Assembly: GCA_002633005.1 (NCBI GenBank)
Contig: NMRA01000252.1
Span: 341,646-405,645 of the forward strand
DNA from: Phoronis australis
Lineage: Eukaryota; Animalia; Phoronida
Direction of reading: 5' to 3'
DNA: 64,000 bases
Shown here: positions 9,501 through 17,900 of the stretch, piece after piece
Layout of the letters: the number at the start of each line of letters is the position of its first letter
How positions within the stretch are numbered: position 1 is the first letter of the stretch
Made by a program: the position numbers and the translations under genes
Notes under the pieces: generated by a model
Databases searched by the model: none
Told to the model about the DNA's origin: nothing
What the model saw: the letters and a program-made list of their open reading frames with translations, nothing else

Positions 9501-12500
9501 NNNNNNNNNNNNNNNNNNNNNNNTCACGTGACTCTTTGACAAAACTTTTGTACAAGTTATCAACCCGAGGAGCCTGGGAAGACTGAAAAATCAATATGAA
9601 TCTTTATGCCAAATTTAATGCAATATGGTCACCAAATAAAATGCAATATAGCCGCCAATTGAACACCACGTAAAATGGCAGTCACATTAAAGAAAAATGC
9701 TACGTCTCATTAAAATTGCGAATATTTGAATTTGTAGCAAGCACCACCTAGTGGCTTCCTCGAGAACTGTGTGTACAAGTATAATCAAGAAAAGAAACAA
9801 ATTGTAAATAAAATGAGGTTCTTGGCACACTGGAGGACCCAGGGTCATTTGCATATTCACAATTTACTGAAACCATGCATCTTTAAAAATATTTTAAATG
9901 TCTTTTCAAAATGAGCACATTGAAAGAGGTTGTGGACAAATTTAACTTATTAATTTGATAGCAAAGTCAATTTAAAGATAGAATTAACATCTGAAGTGTT
10001 GAGCTGACTTGTGACAGCAGAACTAAACTTGTGAACATCTCGCATGTATAGTTTATGGACAACAGAAAGAGTGGACAGTGTAATACAACACATCCAGCCT
10101 TACACCTGGTCGGTCTTCTGACGATGACGAGGCCGTAAATGGTTGAAAGCCCAGCTGAGGAGTGGATTTCTCATCCTGAAAGGTACGTAGAATAGCAAAG
10201 TTATACAATGAATAACAACATCGCACAAGGAATTTGCAAATATATCCACACCATCTGGGTGAATTCTATTGGAAAGTGTTTCAAAGTGTAATTTAATGCC
10301 GCGCACCCAGAGTTAGTCACCTTTAATCAGAGAGTGCCATACAACAATGTTCATGCCCAACTAAAGGAGACTTGTACTTCATGTCTACACCTGTTCACAG
10401 AGGGCTTCAACATAATCCATACTTGGCAAAAGTCTAAAAACTTTACATGACTATTACTCCAGTGCTTTGAAAAGCCTTAAACAAACTAATAAAAAAGCAT
10501 GTCTTAATCAGAAATATCATAATTCTATCTCCTAGAGCTGAATGACAACCAAATGCTCAAAAGTAAACCAGAAAATGCAAAAATGCCCCCCCTCCCCGAC
10601 CCTCAGCAGCACATATCCACTACAACCAATACAGTGCCTGAGAATGGATGCACTTCCACCACAGGCTGTATACTGGATGTTGCTACAAGCTGCAAGAGGT
10701 CAGACATTCTGAACAAACCCCCCTTTTATCAATGGAAAGAAATTTAACTTTTGATTTTAGCTCATAGATTTGGTCTTTACACACATCCACTAAGACTCTC
10801 TTAAAGGTGAAGGCAACCTTTTTCATGTCATTTTGAGCTAAAATAAGGTTGGTTGGTTATCCTAGACATATTTTCCACTTAATTACAGCTTTTCGTAATT
10901 TTATTAATTACTCGTCCTCTACTCCGGAAGTGACGTTTTAGGAGGCAAACGTTTCCCGCCACTTGGTTTTGCGTTGACTTTACCGTGCGAATCTGTTCTA
11001 TTCTACTTTTGTTTTGTGCTGTTTTTCAACAATTGTCGCCACCACTTTCCATCGGCGAGTATTCTGCGGCAAGATAGGTTAGTAGAGAACTCAACTACGT
11101 TGGATTTAGGGATTGTTTAGTGTGTTGTAAGCTGAAAATGGCTGGAGTCGGTGACCCGTATCACAGTGACAGTAGTGTGAGTGACGGAGACCTTGTTCAC
11201 AGCAGTGGTGACGAGGAATTTTTTCACGGACATTCAGTGGGTGGGTACATGTTTGAGCCCGAGTATAACGAGGCAGAGTACGCACAGGCACAGGCAGCTG
11301 TTGAGAGAAACGAGGCGGCTACTGAGGACAGACGTGGTGACACATCTTCGTGCAAATGCACTGTGTGCGTTGTTATGCCTACCTCAATGGAATGTTTGTG
11401 ATGTTCAGAGTTCGACGAGGCCAAGCCACTACTGGAAACGGTTAAGTGGACCTCTGGCATACCACGGACAGAGGAACAACTGTCCCACTTGCCAGAGTGT
11501 CCCGCGACACACTTCCACTGGATGGTGACCTGAGTACCCAAACTGCTTACATTGTGTTGTATGACTCCCTCGATACACACCTGGCACCTTCTAAATAGCT
11601 CCAACACTTTAGACAAGTCCACAATAAACTTATCAAAGCTTGGCTCACCGATCTGTTCACTGGACGACGAACTGTCCTCTTCACTGGGTGTCAAACTGGG
11701 CCTGTAATCACTCCCACTACTCAATATCGCTGCACGGCTGCTTAGATGCTCTGGGCTGGAGAAAACAGCACAGGGCAAATCACTACTGGTTCCAGGAATG
11801 GCACGCTCTGGGGGTACGTTCGGAGGCACGGGTGACAGTGGATGAAGTACCTCCACTGGCTCCAGTCACTGTACTGGCCACAGCTCGCGAGGCTTCTCTC
11901 TTCAAAAACGCACTTCTCGGAGGTGGCGACGGGGCACTGTCGGGAATCAACACAGACGGAATGGCATCCAGTTCAGTGTACAAATCCCTTTCGTAATCAG
12001 ACGGCAGAAAGTGCTTGCCACACACAAGAAAATTCTCGACTGCTTTGTACATTGCGTGGACGGGTAACGCTGCGTTCTTCATACGAACGAGCCAAGTACG
12101 GCGAAGTGTGTCATCCATCGGAAAGCGATGCTAAGGTACTCCCAAAGCGCGTGTGAGACGATAATGAGTACATCCCGGTATGCAGCAACAGTGTGGCATG
12201 TTGACTGACTAGTAAATGAAAGCAAACGACGACGTAACTTAACACAACCGAGGTAGAACAATGACTGACTTGGAAGCTTTCACAGTCAGACTATATGAAA
12301 AGAAATGCTTGCCTCCTAAAACGTCACTTCCGGAGTAGCGGACGAGTAATTAACAAAATTTCGAAAAGCTGTAATTAAGTGGCAAATATGTCTAGGATAA
12401 CCAACCAACCTTATTTTAGCTCAAAATAACATGAAAAAAGGTTGCCTTCGGCTTTAATGGTCACATGACATCTCATCGGATCACGTGACATCGCATAATG

Positions 12501-14797
12501 ATCATGTGACTTACTTTATTACTTCTCACTTTTGCTCTCTTGAAGCTTTTTTCTTTCTGTGAAGAGTGAAGCTTGATGGCCTAAAGACAGATGACAGTAA
12601 GTGAATGTTACACACACATTCTTACAAGGAAGAGTCTGTAACTGACATTCTCCTCTCAATTATTCATTCAATACAGCCAGCCAAATCAACTTGATCAAGG
12701 ACATATATTAGCAGTTATGGAACAACAATTTATAAAATGTCTGTACTGTAGTTGCAGCACGAAATGAATCCTATGCTGACACCCTGACTAGTCCAGTGAC
12801 ACCCTGACTGGTCCAGTGACACCCTCATGGGTCGCTGACACCCTCAATGGTCCAAGGACACCCTCATGGGTCGCTGATGCCCTGACTAGTCTAGTGACAC
12901 CCTCATGGGTCGCTGACACCCTCACTGGTCCAAGGACACCCTCATGGGTCGCTGACACTCTGAATGGTCTAGTTAGTTTGAAAAATTAGATGCACAATTG
13001 CCCATCACAAATTTGTTGTAAACACTTGGAAAGACAATTATATTTTTCAAGTTTTCACATGGATGGATTTTTGAATTTTGAAAATCGGACAAAAACATGT
13101 GAATTTTCCAAACTAAAACTCAATAGTAGTTCACAGTCATTACATACATGTAGTCAACCTAGGAAAATAAAATACAATGCTACTGAGAATTTAAGTTAAA
13201 ACTATTTTGATCTTTGCTGTTATAAATTATGAGACAAACATGATGAATGAACCAATTCAGTGAGGCAGCTAGCTTCAAAATATCATTCTACTGAGTGATC
13301 CCATGTTCACAGACTGACCCTGTGTTCACCGAGCTGTCCCCTCATTTTCTGACTGCACCCTACACTGACCGGAAGGCTGACCCCACGCCCACTGCCACAC
13401 TCTACTTTCACTGACTTACCCCCGTCTTTATGAGTTTCTTTGCCTCCTCCTTAGCATCAAGGGCAGCTTCAGATGCTGTCCGTTTGTCCGCTGTCTGTTT
13501 GGAGGGGGGCGGCTCTTCGGCTTTCTTTGTCTTCAGAGCCTGGACAGCCTTTCGCTAGCAAACAACAAAACCATGTTTATCTGTATGTAGCGAAGAAGCC
13601 ATTTAAGAAAAGTTATGACGAACAACTTGAAATGATCTATTACCAGACATAAGAAATCTTGACTCGAGTCCAAGTCGCACTGAGCTGCAATAGAGCAAAC
13701 AGTTTGGGAACTCAGTAATTCACTGCATTGAGGACCAACGTCAGAGCACTGAAGATGGAAAGCGAAGTGTTAAAGAGGTAGAGGGAAAGTTAACTCAAGT
13801 TATGATGTTTAACAGATGGAAATATAACGGATGAACCAGGCCTTTATCAAGGATTTCGAAAATAGGTTGTCCAAAATGGGGTTCCCAATATTCCAGGGCG
13901 TCCATGATTCCGACGCCTAACCCCCCACCCCCAGCAATCCCCCCACACAGATTTTTTTACAAAAAAACGCATAGACCAAGGTTGTTACATCTATAAGTTT
14001 AAACAACACCCTTCTGTAGTAAGCATTTTTACTAAAAAAAATGTGTAGACCAAGATCACCAAGACTTTTACAATGCTATCAACCAAGTGCGAGCATTGTA
14101 TTACTTTGTACATACACTGTGTATTTATTCCTGCTTTGAAAAATGAGCCAAAACTGTGAGTCTTCATAGGCTTCCTAGTAGTAGGCCTAATCATTACAAT
14201 GTGTGTGTCCAAACTTGAAAGGTTCCTATTGATAGTGGGCGTCCAAATGATACACTGGGNCAGCAATCCCCCCAAACACAGATTTTTTTTACAAAAAAAC
14301 GCATAGACCAAGGTTGTTACATCTATAAGTTTAAAAAACACCCTTCTGTAGTAAGCATTTTTACTAACAAATGTGTGGACCAAGACTTTTACAATGCTAT
14401 CAACCAAGTGCGAGCAAATTACTTTGTACATACACTGTGTATTTATTCCTGCTTTGAAAAATGAGCCAAAACTGTGAGTCTTCATAGGCTTCCTAGTAGG
14501 CTAATCATTACAATGTGTGTGTCCAAACTTGAAAGGTTCCGATTGAATAGTGGGCGTCCAAATGATACACTGGGCGTCCTTGCCAGGACTCCATATCAGT
14601 GCCAGTGAGGGGGCAGGAAGTACGCTGCATGAAGGCCTGCGATGAACCAATAAAGGGCCCGCGGTATGAACCGCTGGTCCATTTGCTTCAAGTCAACAAG
14701 AGAATTCGAAATTTACCAGTTTCTTCAACTTAGCATACTTCCTCTGTAATTTTTCTTCTTCCTCTGTTAACTGGGATGGGTAGTGCAACCTCACCAT
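6540..14797 (-). CDS. NELFE: Negative elongation factor E (NELF-E/RDBP), multi-exon, partly in assembly gap
   Basis: Exons 14717-14797 (MVRLHYPSQLTEEEEKLQRKYAKLKKL), 13420-13554 (RKAVQALK..AKEEAKKLIKTG), 12515-12580 (AIKLH..SFKRAKVRSNK), 10104-10175 (DEKSTPQLGFQPF..), 9582 running into the gap at 9524 (SSQAPRVDNLYKSFV), 8629-8683 (CAFVTFDSTESADNAILQ), 7413-7530 (MNGVIHSDIRLKVSLARRQP..WSSI), 6540-6625 (..KRELVTYEDNPFDEA*). Visible junctions are GT-AG. Blocks are colinear with recalled human NELF-E (LSEEEEALQKKFNKLKK, FKRSR, FQPF, SLYESFV, CAFVTY, LKVNIARKQP). Confidence 0.95.
8748..8860. mobile_element. Partial MITE (reverse-complement relative of 31825-31981) interrupted by the Kolobok insertion
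   Basis: cagggtatgatccaggattttgagt..gcagagtattggccaggattttgcccatcagatattcgcacc..aatctggaagaatttt aligns by eye to the reverse complement of ~31868-31981. Confidence 0.7.
8865..9127. mobile_element. Second copy of the same Kolobok family (left end only, runs into N gap)
   Basis: TTAA at 8861-8864, then 263 bp closely matching 10805-~11066 with scattered substitutions and indels; different left flank. Confidence 0.88.
9128..9523. other. Assembly gap (396 N)
   Basis: N run that interrupts a NELF-E exon on one side and a Kolobok copy on the other. Confidence 1.
11138..11435 (+). pseudogene. KolX-like (P2X7 C-terminal/ballast-like Cys-rich) N-terminal fragment
   Basis: Acidic N-terminus, then GYMFEPEY..CKCTVCVVMPTSMECL*CSEF. 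In-frame TGA at a Cys position; truncated by the internal deletion. Confidence 0.75.
11435..12199 (-). pseudogene. THAP-domain Kolobok transposase fragment
   Basis: MPHCCCIPGC..P*HRFPMDDTLRRTWLVRM..VCGKHFLPSDY (THAP C2CH with a premature TAG). After a frameshift: FIVDLSKVLELFRRCQVC..GTQVTIQWKCVAGHSGKWDSC. No DDE core remains. Confidence 0.8.
12776..12972. repeat. Minisatellite, 19-20 bp monomers (~10) forming a 39-bp dimer
   Basis: tgacaccct core alternating with gactagtccag / catgggtcgc. Confidence 0.9.
13837..14639. mobile_element. hAT-type MITE in NELF-E intron 1
   Basis: Termini CAGGCCTT..AAGGCCTG; 8-bp TSD ggatgaac (13829-13836) / cgatgaac (14640-14647). Internal ~330-bp duplication joined at a single N (14260). 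Confidence 0.75.
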
Positions 14798-14932
14798 GTT
14801 TGATAACGGTGAGACGCGCTAGTATTTGAGTAAAATGGAAAGAATAACGCGAGGGTCATTCCCAAAAAGGGAAATATTCTATTATTAGATGGCCAGAAGA
14901 TGTCGTGATCAACTTCCGGAGGAGAATGAAAA
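14798..14932. promoter_or_regulatory. Bidirectional promoter shared by NELF-E and the GATA-like gene
   Basis: Divergent ATGs at 14797 (-) and 14933 (+), 135 bp apart. ETS core acttccgg at 14912-14919; YY1-like aaaatggc overlapping the + ATG. Confidence 0.75.
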
Positions 14933-17900
14933 ATGGCTGACAAGTTTCAGCAAGAAATATTCGTCTCTGATACTCAATCGTTCCCATTTGGAGCCAACTC
15001 GAACGCAGAAAAGGAACAAAAAGATGGTGGTTGCTTTTATTTACTAGTTATTAGCCAATTATATGTATTTTTACATCTCAAACTTACTGTAATATGTTTG
15101 GACGATTTGACTGTAGCCGATTTTTAATTTTTCTTTTCTCCCAAGTTCCTGCAGATTGGAAGTAAATTGAAGTTATCTGCTCACTGGGGATTTCCTCTGA
15201 CCGCAACTGTGTGTGCTGTTTTTTTTTCAGCAAATTCAGAGGCACGCTACTGTTATAGTGTTATATGTAGTGGCCTTACTTGTGTACTGCTGACTTGAAG
15301 TTTGTTAAAGTAAAATTTCAACACACTTGCTCTTTGATTTTTTTATTTATAGTCAGTCAAACAACGAGAAAGCATTTATTTGAAATTGAAATTGTTTTTG
15401 TACATGTACATTTACACGAACGATACAAGAATCTTTCTTTTGGTTTCAAATCCAGACAATGTTTTCTACCTCAAACCAGTTACCAATCTAGTACACATTG
15501 AGTTCTTTCTTTGTCCAATCTCACAAGTCGCAGGATCTGAGAATGTTACTCGTCAAGTGACCACAGTAGAAGCAGTGCTGTAGTGGTAAAGTATGAGGTA
15601 AGTAGGCGCCCAAAACCCATCGTACCACCTTGAGCACTGAACGTAACTTACGGTACGTAATAGTAGGCGCTACGTTCAAATGCCAAAAGGTACGTGGTTG
15701 CGCCTATGCCCCACTACAGCCCTGAGTAGAAGTCGACAGATTGAGTGACCATCTCAACTGACCGTTGGACACTGAAGCTCCTCTAGGCACTTCATACACC
15801 AGAAAGTTCTTCGGTGAAATATGCGTCACACTGATTGCAACATCAAGATAATACGATGTTATACATACCTTTTGAACATCAAAGGACACCGTAGGAGGCC
15901 ATCGATGTCTTTAATTCGATCCTTTTAACTTGAACAAAGACTCCCATAATCAAACTCTTTTTCGAGCAGTCCTTGGTTCAGTTGCCTAATTTTGCCAACT
16001 GGTCATTTTCAAGTTTAACACTGCGCGTGTGTTAGGGTGTTTGGTGCATGCTGAGTGTTGGAAATGAGAGTTGCCGATTTAGGCAACGTAGAACGCAGAA
16101 CTGCTTGAAAACAATTTTGATTACAGGAGTGTTTGTTTCGATTTGGAAGACATTGAAAACATCGACAGCCTCCTAAGGTGTGCACAAAAGGTACTTAAAG
16201 CAACATGAATTTAACATTTTAATCAGTGTGAGACATAATTCACCAAAAATCTTCTTTCGTAGGAAACGCCTATAGGAGCTTCGTTGTCCTAATGGTCAGT
16301 GTAGACGGTGGCACTGTCTGTTGTCAGCCCTTGCGGCAGTAAGTTGAATAAAACAAGGTTTGCGAGTGTTTGTTGATGAGCAAGTCCAATCGACAGAAGC
16401 CGGAAGCCAAGATGGAATCCGGGGAAAAAACCTTAACGAACACAATGGCATTGATTATGAAAAACCAGGCAGTCACTGACTGTAAGGGGTGTGAAATTCT
16501 AAAGCAGGGACCGTTATACATATGACCAATTTATGATCGATCTGCGCCCTTGCGATTTTTGTAAACAAGGGTCTTGTGTCATTAAATTATTATACTCTTC
16601 GTTGTGTTTTCCACACATAATAATTCAAACTTAACTGGAATTACTAACTTCATGTTGGAGTGCCAGAGGTCGGTGTCCAACGCTGTACTTTGCCTCTTGA
16701 TTCTTGTCCAAATACCATTAGGGTTTTGATGCTTGTTTATAATGCTTTGTGTGTTGTCTCTGTTGTACTATTCAGGGAATGGGGAAGTTTGCTTGAAGGA
16801 CACACTTAAGGATCCCAAGTTATCATGTGAAGTAAGTCACACTGCTGCAATGTACTGTTATTTTATAAGTGCTAGTGACGCAAAGGTGGGGTCTAGGAAT
16901 ATCCCTGCATCTGTGATATTAGGGGTTGAGGTTTTGATCAGGCAAAACATTGAAATTGTGCTCAGTGTCTTAAATGTAGTGAGAGGAGGGTGACAAGTAG
17001 GAGAGACTGACAGATTATGTAAGCCACCAATAGCTGTTCAACACTTGTTGAAGATTATCAAAATACTAATCCATCACTAGGACTGGTATAGCGCATGAAC
17101 TATGATTATGCAATGTAAAATGTTTGAACAAAATTAGTGTTGCTGGGTTCTTAATGTCAAGCCAATGTTATTTGCTTACTGCTGCTTTGTAGTCATTTGA
17201 GTACTTACAGGTGGGTGTAGGTGGTGGTGACATATTTACAAGACAAGTTAGTGTGGGTTTTAAGAATAGTGTAAAACAGTTGTACATACTTATATCCAGG
17301 CTTAGACATGCAGTCAATTATTACCAATTTATGGTGAACCATACATAATATGATAATACCATGGGTATCCTACATGAGTGTTTAAGCCATGGTTTATGTA
17401 GAGCAGTGCTCGAAAGCAAATTTCTGTGACCTGTTCTATGTGATGCACATTTTAGTTGTGAGTGCTGTGAAGGTGTCTATTGGAGCTTGTCATTACATCA
17501 CTGAACACTAACTTGTCTATTGGAGCTTGTGATTACATCACTGAACACTAACTTGTCTATTGGAGCTTGTGATTACATCACTGAACACTAACTTGTCTAT
17601 TGGAGCTTGTCATTACATCACTGAACACTAACTTGTCTATTGGAGCTTGTGATTACATCACTGAACACTAACTCTGATCCAGGGATAGGCTGAAACTTGA
17701 AGGCTAGTCATAGCTACAGAGGGTTGCAGTTACCAGTGTGACAAGAATTTATATTAAAATCTATGCTTCAGATGTGATGTTTGTCTTCGCCAGTCTTGTT
17801 TTAATGAACTGAGTGCAAATTAAAAAGGACAGCATGACTCTGATATAAGTTTACTTATGAATCTTAAATAAATGGATCCCTGGAGTTAACAAACTCCAGT

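Larger units (their letters stand above)
10805..12453. mobile_element. Internally deleted Kolobok-type DNA transposon in a NELF-E intron
   Basis: TTAA at 10801-10804 and 12454-12457; ~150-bp near-perfect TIRs (AG.YGAAGGCAACCTTTTT..CCGGAAGTGACGTTTTAGGAGGC); convergent THAP/transposase (-) and KolX-like (+) remnants. Confidence 0.88.

Noticed and set aside
9035-9594. Long ORFs across the N run
   Set aside because: Artefacts of the Ns; only 9524-9582 (-) is a real NELF-E exon part.
11399-11401. In-frame TGA at a Cys position of the KolX stub, as possible selenocysteine
   Set aside because: The element is deleted and has another premature stop and a frameshift; no SECIS seen. A simple TGY>TGA mutation explains it.
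12776-12972. CRISPR-like look: constant tgacaccct core with variable intervening sequence
   Set aside because: The spacers are ~10 nt and themselves recur; eukaryotic intron, no cas genes. Ordinary minisatellite.
13240-13294. Box C/D-like ATGATGA..CTGA
   Set aside because: Opposite strand to the host gene, short, weak terminal stem and no recognisable rRNA guide.
13932-14575. ~330-bp tandem duplication in NELF-E intron 1
   Set aside because: The copies are joined at a single N (14260) and differ by small indels, so this is most likely an unmerged contig or haplotype overlap. ORF 13991-14485 is a by-product.
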